Shown: positions 39,601-55,520, counted from the first letter of the stretch. The stretch is 64,000 nucleotides of DNA from Balanoglossus misakiensis (GCA_040954595.2 CM082589.2:10428894-10492893); one strand, 5' to 3'. A program made the numbers and translations. Notes: generated from the letters alone by a model not told the origin.

Positions 39601-40099
39601 TGAACGAGGCTGTGTTTGGAAACAACCATGGAAATTTTAGAACTATCTCTCGATCTAAAGTTGAAAAGTTTCTTATGCGCATAGGCCTATTACGTGTTCT
39701 GCGCCTCACAACAGAATTCGGTAAATAAACGAGGCTGTTTGGAAGCAACAATGGAAATTTTAGAACTATCCGTCGATCTACGGAGTATAGTGGAAAACGT
39801 TCATATGCGCATAGGCCTATATATGTGTTCTGCGCATCACAACAGAATTTTGTAAACAATCGAGGATGTGTTTGGAAGCAATCATGGAAATTTTAGAACT
39901 ATCCGTCGATCTACAGAGTCTAGTGGGAAACTTTCTTATGCGCATAGGCATATGTATGTGTTGAGCGCATCACAACAGAATTTTGTAAATGAACGAGGCT
40001 GTGTTTGGAAACAACCATGGAAATTTTAGAACTATCTCTCGATCTACAGAGTCTAGTGGAAAACTTTATTATGCACATAGGCCTATCTATGTATTATGC

Positions 40100-43000
40100 G
40101 CATCACAACAGAAATCGGTAAATAAACGAGGCTGTATTTGGAAGCAACCATGTAAATTTTACAACTATCCGTCGATCTACAGAGTCTGGTGGAAAACTTT
40201 CTTATGCGCATAGGCCTATTACGTGTTCTGCGCCTCACAACAGAAATCGGTAAATAAACGAGGCTGTTTGGAAGCAACCATGTAAATTTTAGAACTATCC
40301 GTCGATCTACAGAGTCTAGTGGAAAAACGTTCATGTGCGCATAGGCCTATCATGTGTTATGCACATCACAACAGAATTTTGTAAACAAACGAGGCTTTGT
40401 TTGGAAGCAACAATGGAAATTTTAGAACTATCTGTCGATCTACGGAGTATAGTGGAAAACATTCATATGCGCATAGGCCTATATATGTGTTCTGCGCATC
40501 ACAACAGAATTTTGTAAACAATCGAGGATGTGTTTGGAAGCAATCATGGAAATTTTAGAACTATCCGTCGATCTACAGAGTCTAGTGGGAAACTTTCTTA
40601 TGCGCATAGGCATATGTATGTGTTCTGCGCATCACAACAGAAATCGGTAAATAAACGAGGCTGTTTGGAAGCAACCATGGAAATTTTACAACTATCCGTC
40701 GATCTACAGAGTCTGGTGGAAAACTTTCTTATGCGCATAGGCCTATTACGTGCTCTGCGCCTCACAACAGAATTCGGTAAATAAACGAGGCTGTTTGGAA
40801 GCAACCATGGAACTTTTAGAACTATCCGTCGATCTACAGAGTCTAGTGGAAAAATGTCTTATGCGCATAGGCCTATCATGTGTTCTGTGCCTCACAACAG
40901 AAATCGGTAAATAAACGAGGCTGTTTGGAAGCAACCATGGAAATTGTACAACTATCCGTCGATCTACAGAGTCTAGTGGAAAACGTTCTTATGCGCATAG
41001 GCCTATCTATGTGTTATGCGCATCACAACAGAAATCGGTAAATAAACGAGGCTGTATTTGGAAGCAACCATGAAATTTTACAACTATCCGTCGATCTACA
41101 GAGTCTGGTGGAAAACTTCCTTATGCGCATAGACCTATTACGTGTTCTGCGCCTCACAACAGAATTCGGTAAATAAACGAGGCTGTTTGGAAGCAACCAT
41201 GGACATTGTACAACTATCCGTCGATCTACAAAGTCTAGTGGAAAACGTTCTTATGCTCATAGGCCTATCTATGTGTTATGCGCATCACAACAGAAATCGC
41301 TAAATAAACGAGGCTGTATTTGGAAGCAACCATGAAATTTTACAACTATCCGTCGATCTACAGAGTCTAGTGGAAAAATGTCTCATGCGCATAGGCCTAT
41401 CATGTGTTCTGCGCCTCACAACAGAATTCGGTAAATAAACGAGGCTGTTTGGAAGCAACCATGGAAATTTTACAACTATCCGTCGATCTACAGAGTCTAG
41501 TGGAAAACGTTATTATGCGCATAGGCCTATATATGTGTTCTGCGCATCACAACAGAATTTTGTAAACAAACGAGGCTGTGTTTGGAAGCAACCATGGACA
41601 TTTTAGAACTAACTCTCGATCTACAGAGTCTATAGTGGAAAACTTTCTTATGCACATATGCCTATCTATGTGTTCTGCGCCTCACAACAGAATTCGGTAA
41701 ATAAACGAGGCTGTTTGGAAGCAACCATGGAAATTTTACAACTATCCGTCGATCTACAGAGTCTAGTGGAAAACGTTATTATGCGCATAGGCCTATATAT
41801 GTGTTCTGCGCATCACAACAGAATTTTGTAAACAAACGAGGCTGTGTTTGGAAGCAACCATGGAAATTTTAGAACTATCTCTCGATCTACAGAGTCTAGT
41901 GGAAAACTTTATTATGCACATATGCCTATCTATGTGTTCTGCGCATCACAACAGAAATCGGTAAATAAACGAGGCTGTTTGGAAGCAACCATGGAAATTT
42001 TACAACTATCCGTCGATCTACAGAGTCTGGTGGAAAACTTTCTTATGCGCATAGGCCTATTACGTGCTCTGCGCCTCACAACAGAATTCGGTAAATAAAC
42101 GAGGCTGTTTGGAAGCAACCATGGAAATTTTAGAACTATCCGTCGATCTACAGAGTCTAGTGGAAAAATGTCTTATGCGCATAGGCCTATCATATGTTCT
42201 GTGCCTCACAACAGAAATCGGTAAATAAACGAGGCTGTTTGGAAGCAACCATGGAAATTGTACAACTATCCGTCGATCTACAGAGTCTGGTGGAAAACTT
42301 CCTTATGCGCATAGGCCTATCTATGTGTTATGCGCATCACAACAGAAATCGGTAAATAAACGAGGCTGTATTTGGAAGCAACCATGAAATTTTACAACTA
42401 TCCGTCGATCTACAGAGTCTGGTGGAAAACTTCCTTATGCGCATAGACCTATTACGTGTTCTGCGCCTCACAACAGAATTCGGTAAATAAACGAGGCTGT
42501 TTGGAAGCAACCATGGACATTGTACAACTATCCGTCGATCTACAAAGTCTAGTGGAAAACGTTCTTATGCGCATAGGCCTATCTATGTGTTATGCGCATC
42601 ACAACAGAAATCGCTAAATAAACGAGGCTGTATTTGGAAGCAACCATGAAATTTTACAACTATCCGTCGATCTACAGAGTCTAGTGGAAAAATGTCTCAT
42701 GCGCATAGGCCTATCATGTGTTCTGCGCCTCACAACAGAAATCGGTAAATAAACGAGGCTGTTTGGAAGCAACCATGGAAATTTTACAGCTATCCGTCGA
42801 TCTACAGAGTCTAGTGGAAACGTTCTTATGCGCATAGGCCTATATATGTGTTCTGCGCATCACAACAGAATTTTGTAAACAAACGAGGCTGTGTTTGGTA
42901 GCAACCATGGACATTTTAGAACTATCTCTCGATCTACAGAGTCTATAGTGGAAAACTTTCTTATGCACATATGCCTATCTATGTGTTCTGCGCCTCACAA

Positions 43001-46000
43001 CAGAATTCGGTAAATAAACGAGGCTGTTTGGAAGCAACCATGGAAATTTTACAACTATCCGTCGATCTACAGAGTCTAGTGGAAAACGTTATTATGCGCA
43101 TAGGCCTATATATGTGTTCTGCGCATCACAACAGAATTTTGTAAACAAACGAGGCTGTGTTTGGAAGCAACCATGGACATTTTAGAACTATCTCTCGATC
43201 TACAGAGTCTATAGTGGAAAACTTTCTTATGCACATATGCCTATCTATGTGTTCTGCGCCTCACAACAGAATTCGGTAAATAAACGAGGCTGTTTGGAAG
43301 CAACCATGGAAATTTTACAACTATCCGTCGATCTACAGAGTCTAGTGGAAAACGTTATTATGCGCATAGGCCTATCTATGTGTTATGCGCATCACAACAG
43401 AAATCGGTAAATAAACGAGGCTGTATTTGGAAGCAACCATGAAATTTTACAACTATCCGTCGATCTACAGAGTCTGGTGGAAAACTTCCTTATGCGCATA
43501 GACCTATTACGTGTTCTGCGCCTCACAACAGAATTCGGTAAATAAACGAGGCTGTTTGGAAGCAACCATGGACATTGTACAACTATCCGTCGATCTACAC
43601 AGTCTAGTGGAAAACGTTCTTATGCGCATAGGCCTATCTATGTGTTATGCGCATCACAACAGAAATCGCTAAATAAACGAGGCTGTATTTGGAAGCAACC
43701 ATGAAATTTTACAACTATCCGTCGATCTACAGAGTCTAGTGGAAAAATGTCTCATGCGCATAGGCCTATCATGTGTTCTGCGCCTCACAACAGAAATCGG
43801 TAAATAAACGAGGCTGTTTGGAAGCAACCATGGAAATTTTACAGCTATCCGTCGATCTACAGAGTCTAGTGGAAACGTTCTTATGCGCATAGGCCTATAT
43901 ATGTGTTCTGCGCATCACAACAGAATTTTGTAAACAAACGAGGCTGTGTTTGGTAGCAACCATGGACATTTTAGAACTATCTCTCGATCTACAGAGTCTA
44001 TAGTGGAAAACTTTCTTATGCACATATGCCTATCTATGTGTTCTGCGCCTCACAACAGAATTCGGTAAATAAACGAGGCTGTTTGGAAGCAACCATGGAA
44101 ATTTTACAACTATCCGTCGATCTACAGAGTCTAGTGGAAAACGTTATTATGCGCATAGGCCTATATATGTGTTCTGCGCATCACAACAGAATTTTGTAAA
44201 CAAACGAGGCTGTGTTTGGAAGCAACCATGGACATTTTAGAACTATCTCTCGATCTACAGAGTCTATAGTGGAAAACTTTCTTATGCACATATGCCTATC
44301 TATGTGTTCTGCGCCTCACAACAGAATTCGGTAAATAAACGAGGCTGTTTGGAAGCAACCATGGAAATTTTACAACTATCCGTCGATCTACAGAGTCTAG
44401 TGGAAAACGTTATTATGCGCATAGGCCTATATATGTGTTCTGCGCATCACAACAGAATTTTGTAAACAAACGAGGCTGTGTTTGGAAGCAACCATGGAAA
44501 TTTTAGAACTATCTCTCGATCTACAGAGTCTAGTGGAAAACTTTATTATGCACATATGCCTATCTATGTGTTCTGCGCATCACAACAGAAATCGGTAAAT
44601 AAACGAGGCTGTTTGGAAGCAACCATGGAAATTTTACAGCTATCCGTCGATCTACAGAGTCTAGTGGAAACGTTCTTATGCGCATAGGCCTATATATGTG
44701 TTCTGCGCATCACAACAGAATTTTGTAAACAAACGAGGCTGTGTTTGGTAGCAACCATGGACATTTTAGAACTATCTCTCGATCTACAGAGTCTATAGTG
44801 GAAAACTTTCTTATGCACATATGCCTATCTATGTGTTCTGCGCCTCACAACAGAATTCGGTAAATAAACGAGGCTGTTTGGAAGCAACCATGGAAATTTT
44901 ACAACTATCCGTCGATCTACAGAGTCTAGTGGAAAACGTTATTATGCGCATAGGCCTATATATGTGTTCTGCGCATCACAACAGAATTTTGTAAACAAAC
45001 GAGGCTGTGTTTGGAAGCAACCATGGACATTTTAGAACTATCTCTCGATCTACAGAGTCTATAGTGGAAAACTTTCTTATGCACATATGCCTATCTATGT
45101 GTTCTGCGCCTCACAACAGAATTCGGTAAATAAACGAGGCTGTTTGGAAGCAACCATGGAAATTTTACAACTATCCGTCGATCTACAGAGTCTAGTGGAA
45201 AACGTTATTATGCGCATAGGCCTATATATGTGTTCTGCGCATCACAACAGAATTTTGTAAACAAACGAGGCTGTGTTTGGAAGCAACCATGGAAATTTTA
45301 GAACTATCTCTCGATCTACAGAGTCTAGTGGAAAACTTTATTATGCACATATGCCTATCTATGTGTTCTGCGCATCACAACAGAAATCGGTAAATAAACG
45401 AGGCTGTTTGGAAGCAACCATGGAAATTTTACAGCTATCCGTCGATCTACAGAGTCTAGTGGAAACGTTCTTATGCGCATAGGCCTATATATGTGTTCTG
45501 CGCATCACAACAGAATTTTGTAAACAAACGAGGCTGTGTTTGGTAGCAACCATGGACATTTTAGAACTATCTCTCGATCTACAGAGTCTATAGTGGAAAA
45601 CTTTCTTATGCACATATGCCTATCTATGTGTTCTGCGCCTCACAACAGAATTCGGTAAATAAACGAGGCTGTTTGGAAGCAACCATGGAAATTTTACAAC
45701 TATCCGTCGATCTACAGAGTCTAGTGGAAAACGTTATTATGCGCATAGGCCTATATATGTGTTCTGCGCATCACAACAGAATTTTGTAAACAAACGAGGC
45801 TGTGTTTGGAAGCAACCATGGAAATTTTAGAACTATCTCTCCATCTACAGAGTCTAGTGGAAAACTTTATTATGCACATATGCCTATCTATGTGTTCTGC
45901 GCATCACAACAGAAATCGGTAAATAAACGAGGCTGTTTGGAAGCAACCATGGAAATTTTACAACTATCCGTCGATCTACAGAGTCTGGTGGAAAACTTTC

Positions 46001-49000
46001 TTATGCGCATAGGCCTATTACGTGCTCTGCGCCTCACAACAGAATTCGGTAAATAAACGAGGCTGTTTGGAAGCAATCATGGAAATTTTAGAACTATCCG
46101 TCGATCTACAGAGTCTAGTGGGAAACTTTCTTATGCGCATAGGCATATGTATGTGTTCAGCGCATCACAACAGAATTTTATAAATGAACGAGGCTGTGTT
46201 TGGAAACAACCATGGAAATTTTACAACTATCCGTCGATCTACGGAGTCTGGTGGAAAACTTTCTTATGCGCATAGGCCTATCATGTGTTCTGCGCCTCAC
46301 AACAGAAATCGGTAAATAAACGAGGCTGTTTGGAAGCAACCATGGACATTTTAGAACTATCTCTCGATCTACAGAGTCTATAGTGGAAAACTTTCTTATG
46401 CACATATGCCTATCTATGTGTTATGCGCATCACAACAGAAATCGGTAAATAAACGAGGCTGTATTTGGAAGCAATCATGAAATTTTACAACTATCCGTCG
46501 ATCTACAGAGTCTGGTGGAAAACTTCCTTATGCGCATAGACCTATTACGTGTTCTGCGCCTCACAACAGAATTCGGTAAATAAACGATGCTGTTTGGAAG
46601 CAACCATGGAAATTGTACAACTATCCGTCGATCTACAGAGTCTATAGTGGAAAACTTTCTTATGCACATATGCCTATCTATGTGTTCTGCGCCTCACAAC
46701 AGAATTCGGTAAATAAACGAGGCTGTTTGGAAGCAACCATGGAAATTTTACAACTATCCGTCGATCTACAGAGTCTAATGGAAAACGTTATTATGCGCAT
46801 AGGCCTATATATGTGTTCTGCGCATCACAACAGAATTTTGTAAACAAACGAGGCTGTGTTTGGAAGCAACCATGGAAATTTTAGAACTATCTCTCGATCT
46901 ACAGAGTCTGGTGGAAAACTTTATTATGCACATATGCCTATCTATGTGTTCTGCGCATCACAACAGAAATCGGTAAATAAACGAGGCTGTTTGGAAGCAA
47001 CCATGGAAATTTTACAGCTATCCGTCGATCTACAGAGTCTAGTGGAAACGTTCTTATGCGCATAGGCCTATATATGTGTTCTGCGCATCACAACAGAATT
47101 TTGTAAACAAACGAGGCTGTGTTTGGTAGCAACCATGGACATTTTAGAACTATCTCTCGATCTACAGAGTCTATAGTGGAAAACTTTCTTATGCACATAT
47201 GCCTATCTATGTGTTCTGCGCCTCACAACAGAATTCGGTAAATAAACGAGGCTGTTTGGAAGCAACCATGGAAATTTTACAACTATCCGTCGATCTACAG
47301 AGTCTAGTGGAAAACGTTATTATGCGCATAGGCCTATATATGTGTTCTGCGCATCACAACAGAATTTTGTAAACAAACGAGGCTGTGTTTGGAAGCAACC
47401 ATGGAAATTTTAGAACTATCTCTCCATCTACAGAGTCTAGTGGAAAACTTTATTATGCACATATGCCTATCTATGTGTTCTGCGCATCACAACAGAAATC
47501 GGTAAATAAACGAGGCTGTTTGGAAGCAACCATGGAAATTTTACAACTATCCGTCGATCTACAGAGTCTGGTGGAAAACTTTCTTATGCGCATAGGCCTA
47601 TTACGTGCTCTGCGCCTCACAACAGAATTCGGTAAATAAACGAGGCTGTTTGGAAGCAATCATGGAAATTTTAGAACTATCCGTCGATCTACAGAGTCTA
47701 GTGGGAAACTTTCTTATGCGCATAGGCATATGTATGTGTTCAGCGCATCACAACAGAATTTTATAAATGAACGAGGCTGTGTTTGGAAACAACCATGGAA
47801 ATTTTACAACTATCCGTCGATCTACGGAGTCTGGTGGAAAACTTTCTTATGCGCATAGGCCTATCATGTGTTCTGCGCCTCACAACAGAAATCGGTAAAT
47901 AAACGAGGCTGTTTGGAAGCAACCATGGAAATTGTACAACTATCCGTCGATCTACATAGTCTAGTGGAAAACGTTCTTATGCGCATAGGCCTATCTATGT
48001 GTTATGCGCATCACAACAGAAATCGGTAAATAAACGAGGCTGTATTTGGAAGCAATCATGAAATTTTACAACTATCCGTCGATCTACAGAGTCTGGTGGA
48101 AAACTTCCTTATGCGCATAGACCTATTACGTGTTCTGCGCCTCACAACAGAATTCGGTAAATAAACGATGCTGTTTGGAAGCAACCATGGAAATTGTACA
48201 ACTATCCGTCGATCTACAGAGTCTAGTGGAAAACGTTCTTATGCGCATAGGCCTATCTATGTGTTATGCGCATCACAACAGAAATCGGTAAATAAACGAG
48301 GCTGTGTTTGGAAGCAACCATGGACATTTTAGAACTATCTCTCGATCTACAGAGTCTATAGTGGAAAACTTTCTTATGCACATATGCCTATCTATGTGTT
48401 CTGCGCCTCACAACAGAAATCGGTAAATAAACGAGGCTGTTTAAAAGCAACCATGGAAATTTTACAGCTATCCGTCGATCTACAGAGTCTAGTGGAAACG
48501 TTCCTATGCGCATAGGCCTATATATGTGTTCTGCGCATCACAACAGAATTTTGTGAACAAACGAGGCTGTGTTTGGAAGCAACCATGGACATTTTAGAAC
48601 TATCTCTCGATCTACAGAGTCTATAGTGGAAAACTTTCTTATGCACATATGCCTATCTATGTGTTCTGCGCCTCACAACAGAAATCGGTAAATAAACGAG
48701 GCTGTATTTGGAAGCAACCATGTAAATTTTACAACTATCCGTCGATCTACAGAGTCTGGTGGAAAACTTTCTTATGCGCATAGGCCTATTACGTGTTCTG
48801 CGCCTCACAACAGAAATCGGTAAATAAACGAGGCTGTTTGGAAGCAACCATGTAAATTTTAGAACTATCCGTCGATCTACAGAGTCTAGTGGAAAAACGT
48901 TCATGTGCGCATAGGCCTATCATGTGTTATGCACATCACAACAGAATTTTGTAAACAAACGAGGCTTTGTTTGGAAGCAACAATGGAAATTTTAGAACTA

Positions 49001-52000
49001 TCTGTCGATCTACGGAGTATAGTGGAAAACATTCATATGCGCATAGGCCTATATATGTGTTCTGCGCATCACAACAGAATTTTGTAAACAATCGAGGATG
49101 TGTTTGGAAGCAATCATGGAAATTTTAGAACTATCCGTCGATCTACAGAGTCTAGTGGGAAACTTTCTTATGCGCATAGGCATATGTATGTGTTCTGCGC
49201 ATCACAACAGAAATCGGTAAATAAACGAGGCTGTTTGGAAGCAACCATGGAAATTTTACAACTATCCGTCGATCTACAGAGTCTGGTGGAAAACTTTCTT
49301 ATGCGCATAGGCCTATTACGTGCTCTGCGCCTCACAACAGAATTCGGTAAATAAACGAGGCTGTTTGGAAGCAACCATGGAACTTTTAGAACTATCCGTC
49401 GATCTACAGAGTCTAGTGGAAAAATGTCTTATGCGCATAGGCCTATCATGTGTTCTGTGCCTCACAACAGAAATCGGTAAATAAACGAGGCTGTTTGGAA
49501 GCAACCATGGAAATTGTACAACTATCCGTCGATCTACAGAGTCTAGTGGAAAACGTTCTTATGCGCATAGGCCTATCTATGTGTTATGCGCATCACAACA
49601 GAAATCGGTAAATAAACGAGGCTGTATTTGGAAGCAACCATGAAATTTTACAACTATCCGTCGATCTACAGAGTCTGGTGGAAAACTTCCTTATGCGCAT
49701 AGACCTATTACGTGTTCTGCGCCTCACAACAGAATTCGGTAAATAAACGAGGCTGTTTGGAAGCAACCATGGACATTGTACAACTATCCGTCGATCTACA
49801 AAGTCTAGTGGAAAACGTTCTTATGCGCATAGGCCTATCTATGTGTTATGCGCATCACAACAGAAATCGCTAAATAAACGAGGCTGTATTTGGAAGCAAC
49901 CATGAAATTTTACAACTATCCGTCGATCTACAGAGTCTAGTGGAAAAATGTCTCATGCGCATAGGCCTATCATGTGTTCTGCGCCTCACAACAGAATTCG
50001 GTAAATAAACGAGGCTGTTTGGAAGCAACCATGGAAATTTTACAACTATCCGTCGATCTACAGAGTCTAGTGGAAAACGTTATTATGCGCATAGGCCTAT
50101 ATATGTGTTCTGCGCATCACAACAGAATTTTGTAAACAAACGAGGCTGTGTTTGGAAGCAACCATGGACATTTTAGAACTAACTCTCGATCTACAGAGTC
50201 TATAGTGGAAAACTTTCTTATGCACATATGCCTATCTATGTGTTCTGCGCCTCACAACAGAAATCGGTAAATAAACGAGGCTGTATTTGGAAGCAACCAT
50301 GTAAATTTTACAACTATCCGTCGATCTACAGAGTCTGGTGGAAAACTTTCTTATGCGCATAGGCCTATTACGTGTTCTGCGCCTCACAACAGAAATCGGT
50401 AAATAAACGAGGCTGTTTGGAAGCAACCATGTAAATTTTAGAACTATCTCTCGATCTACAGAGTCTAGTGGAAAACTTTATTATGCACATATGCCTATCT
50501 ATGTGTTCTGCGCATCACAACAGAAATCGGTAAATAAACGAGGCTGTTTGGAAGCAACCATGGAAATTTTACAACTATCCGTCGATCTACAGAGTCTGGT
50601 GGAAAACTTTCTTATGCGCATAGGCCTATTACGTGCTCTGCGCCTCACAACAGAATTCGGTAAATAAACGAGGCTGTTTGGAAGCAACCATGGAAATTTT
50701 AGAACTATCCGTCGATCTACAGAGTCTAGTGGAAAAATGTCTTATGCGCATAGGCCTATCATGTGTTCTGTGCCTCACAACAGAAATCGGTAAATAAACG
50801 AGGCTGTTTGGAAGCAACCATGGAAATTGTACAACTATCCGTCGATCTACAGAGTCTGGTGGAAAACTTCCTTATGCGCATAGGCCTATCTATGTGTTAT
50901 GCGCATCACAACAGAAATCGGTAAATAAACGAGGCTGTATTTGGAAGCAACCATGAAATTTTACAACTATCCGTCGATCTACAGAGTCTGGTGGAAAACT
51001 TCCTTATGCGCATAGACCTATTACGTGTTCTGCGCCTCACAACAGAATTCGGTAAATAAACGAGGCTGTTTGGAAGCAACCATGGACATTGTACAACTAT
51101 CCGTCGATCTACAAAGTCTAGTGGAAAACGTTCTTATGCGCATAGGCCTATCTATGTGTTATGCGCATCACAACAGAAATCGCTAAATAAACGAGGCTGT
51201 ATTTGGAAGCAACCATGAATTTTTACAACTATCCGTCGATCTACAGAGTCTAGTGGAAAAATGTCTCATGCGCATAGGCCTATCATGTGTTCTGCGCCTC
51301 ACAACAGAAATCGGTAAATAAACGAGGCTGTTTGGAAGCAACCATGGAAATTTTACAGCTATCCGTCGATCTACAGAGTCTAGTGGAAACGTTCTTATGC
51401 GCATAGGCCTATATATGTGTTCTGCGCATCACAACAGAATTTTGTAAACAAACGAGGCTGTGTTTGGTAGCAACCATGGACATTTTAGAACTATCTCTCG
51501 ATCTACAGAGTCTATAGTGGAAAACTTTCTTATGCACATATGCCTATCTATGTGTTCTGCGCCTCACAACAGAATTCGGTAAATAAACGAGGCTGTTTGG
51601 AAGCAACCATGGAAATTTTACAACTATCCGTCGATCTACAGAGTCTAGTGGAAAACGTTATTATGCGCATAGGCCTATATATGTGTTCTGCGCATCACAA
51701 CAGAATTTTGTAAACAAACGAGGCTGTGTTTGGAAGCAACCATGGACATTTTAGAACTATCTCTCGATCTACAGAGTCTATAGTGGAAAACTTTCTTATG
51801 CACATATGCCTATCTATGTGTTCTGCGCCTCACAACAGAATTCGGTAAATAAACGAGGCTGTTTGGAAGCAACCATGGAAATTTTACAACTATCCGTCGA
51901 TCTACAGAGTCTAGTGGAAAACGTTATTATGCGCATAGGCCTATCTATGTGTTATGCGCATCACAACAGAAATCGGTAAATAAACGAGGCTGTATTTGGA

Positions 52001-55000
52001 AGCAACCATGAAATTTTACAACTATCCGTCGATCTACAGAGTCTGGTGGAAAACTTCCTTATGCGCATAGACCTATTACGTGTTCTGCGCCTCACAACAG
52101 AATTCGGTAAATAAACGAGGCTGTTTGGAAGCAACCATGGACATTGTACAACTATCCGTCGATCTACACAGTCTAGTGGAAAACGTTCTTATGCGCATAG
52201 GCCTATCTATGTGTTATGCGCATCACAACAGAAATCGCTAAATAAACGAGGCTGTATTTGGAAGCAACCATGAAATTTTACAACTATCCGTCGATCTACA
52301 GAGTCTAGTGGAAAAATGTCTCATGCGCATAGGCCTATCATGTGTTCTGCGCCTCACAACAGAAATCGGTAAATAAACGAGGCTGTTTGGAAGCAACCAT
52401 GGAAATTTTACAGCTATCCGTCGATCTACAGAGTCTAGTGGAAACGTTCTTATGCGCATAGGCCTATATATGTGTTCTGCGCATCACAACAGAATTTTGT
52501 AAACAAACGAGGCTGTGTTTGGTAGCAACCATGGACATTTTAGAACTATCTCTCGATCTACAGAGTCTATAGTGGAAAACTTTCTTATGCACATATGCCT
52601 ATCTATGTGTTCTGCGCCTCACAACAGAATTCGGTAAATAAACGAGGCTGTTTGGAAGCAACCATGGAAATTTTACAACTATCCGTCGATCTACAGAGTC
52701 TAGTGGAAAACGTTATTATGCGCATAGGCCTATATATGTGTTCTGCGCATCACAACAGAATTTTGTAAACAAACGAGGCTGTGTTTGGAAGCAACCATGG
52801 ACATTTTAGAACTATCTCTCGATCTACAGAGTCTATAGTGGAAAACTTTCTTATGCACATATGCCTATCTATGTGTTCTGCGCCTCACAACAGAATTCGG
52901 TAAATAAACGAGGCTGTTTGGAAGCAACCATGGAAATTTTACAACTATCCGTCGATCTACAGAGTCTAGTGGAAAACGTTATTATGCGCATAGGCCTATA
53001 TATGTGTTCTGCGCATCACAACAGAATTTTGTAAACAAACGAGGCTGTGTTTGGAAGCAACCATGGAAATTTTAGAACTATCTCTCGATCTACAGAGTCT
53101 AGTGGAAAACTTTATTATGCACATATGCCTATCTATGTGTTCTGCGCATCACAACAGAAATCGGTAAATAAACGAGGCTGTTTGGAAGCAACCATGGAAA
53201 TTTTACAGCTATCCGTCGATCTACAGAGTCTAGTGGAAACGTTCTTATGCGCATAGGCCTATATATGTGTTCTGCGCATCACAACAGAATTTTGTAAACA
53301 AACGAGGCTGTGTTTGGTAGCAACCATGGACATTTTAGAACTATCTCTCGATCTACAGAGTCTATAGTGGAAAACTTTCTTATGCACATATGCCTATCTA
53401 TGTGTTCTGCGCCTCACAACAGAATTCGGTAAATAAACGAGGCTGTTTGGAAGCAACCATGGAAATTTTACAACTATCCGTCGATCTACAGAGTCTAGTG
53501 GAAAACGTTATTATGCGCATAGGCCTATATATGTGTTCTGCGCATCACAACAGAATTTTGTAAACAAACGAGGCTGTGTTTGGAAGCAACCATGGACATT
53601 TTAGAACTATCTCTCGATCTACAGAGTCTATAGTGGAAAACTTTCTTATGCACATATGCCTATCTATGTGTTCTGCGCCTCACAACAGAATTCGGTAAAT
53701 AAACGAGGCTGTTTGGAAGCAACCATGGAAATTTTACAACTATCCGTCGATCTACAGAGTCTAGTGGAAAACGTTATTATGCGCATAGGCCTATATATGT
53801 GTTCTGCGCATCACAACAGAATTTTGTAAACAAACGAGGCTGTGTTTGGAAGCAACCATGGAAATTTTAGAACTATCTCTCGATCTACAGAGTCTAGTGG
53901 AAAACTTTATTATGCACATATGCCTATCTATGTGTTCTGCGCATCACAACAGAAATCGGTAAATAAACGAGGCTGTTTGGAAGCAACCATGGAAATTTTA
54001 CAGCTATCCGTCGATCTACAGAGTCTAGTGGAAACGTTCTTATGCGCATAGGCCTATATATGTGTTCTGCGCATCACAACAGAATTTTGTAAACAAACGA
54101 GGCTGTGTTTGGTAGCAACCATGGACATTTTAGAACTATCTCTCGATCTACAGAGTCTATAGTGGAAAACTTTCTTATGCACATATGCCTATCTATGTGT
54201 TCTGCGCCTCACAACAGAATTCGGTAAATAAACGAGGCTGTTTGGAAGCAACCATGGAAATTTTACAACTATCCGTCGATCTACAGAGTCTAGTGGAAAA
54301 CGTTATTATGCGCATAGGCCTATATATGTGTTCTGCGCATCACAACAGAATTTTGTAAACAAACGAGGCTGTGTTTGGAAGCAACCATGGAAATTTTAGA
54401 ACTATCTCTCCATCTACAGAGTCTAGTGGAAAACTTTATTATGCACATATGCCTATCTATGTGTTCTGCGCATCACAACAGAAATCGGTAAATAAACGAG
54501 GCTGTTTGGAAGCAATCATGGAAATTTTAGAACTATCCGTCGATCTACAGAGTCTAGTGGGAAACTTTCTTATGCGCATAGGCATATGTATGTGTTCAGC
54601 GCATCACAACAGAATTTTATAAATGAACGAGGCTGTGTTTGGAAACAACCATGGAAATTTTACAACTATCCGTCGATCTACGGAGTCTGGTGGAAAACTT
54701 TCTTATGCGCATAGGCCTATCATGTGTTCTGCGCCTCACAACAGAAATCGGTAAATAAACGAGGCTGTTTGGAAGCAACCATGGAAATTGTACAACTATC
54801 CGTCGATCTACATAGTCTAGTGGAAAACGTTCTTATGCGCATAGGCCTATCTATGTGTTATGCGCATCACAACAGAAATCGGTAAATAAACGAGGCTGTA
54901 TTTGGAAGCAATCATGAAATTTTACAACTATCCGTCGATCTACAGAGTCTGGTGGAAAACTTCCTTATGCGCATAGACCTATTACGTGTTCTGCGCCTCA

Positions 55001-55520
55001 CAACAGAATTCGGTAAATAAACGATGCTGTTTGGAAGCAACCATGGAAATTGTACAACTATCCGTCGATCTACAGAGTCTAGTGGAAAACGTTCTTATGC
55101 GCATAGGCCTATCTATGTGTTATGCGCATCACAACAGAAATCGGTAAATAAACGAGGCTGTGTTTGGAAGCAACCATGGACATTTTAGAACTATCTCTCG
55201 ATCTACAGAGTCTATAGTGGAAAACTTTCTTATGCACATATGCCTATCTATGTGTTCTGCGCCTCACAACAGAAATCGGTAAATAAACGAGGCTGTTTAA
55301 AAGCAACCATGGAAATTTTACAGCTATCCGTCGATCTACAGAGTCTAGTGGAAACGTTCTTATGCGCATAGGCCTATATATGTGTTCTGCGCATCACAAC
55401 AGAATTTTGTGAACAAACGAGGCTGTGTTTGGAAGCAACCATGGACATTTTAGAACTATCTCTCGATCTACAGAGTCTATAGTGGAAAACTTTCTTATGC
55501 ACATATGCCTATCTATGTGT
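40100..55520 (+). repeat. 8,569-bp (65-monomer) higher-order tandem duplication, second copy 13 monomers shorter (boundaries approximate)
   Basis: Offsets of 8569-8570 (40530/49100, 42614/51183, 43669/52238, 45802/54371). Shared rare variants AAAACATTCAT and GGAACTTTT. The distal marker TTGTGAACAA is offset by only 6856 (48551/55407). Confidence 0.88.
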
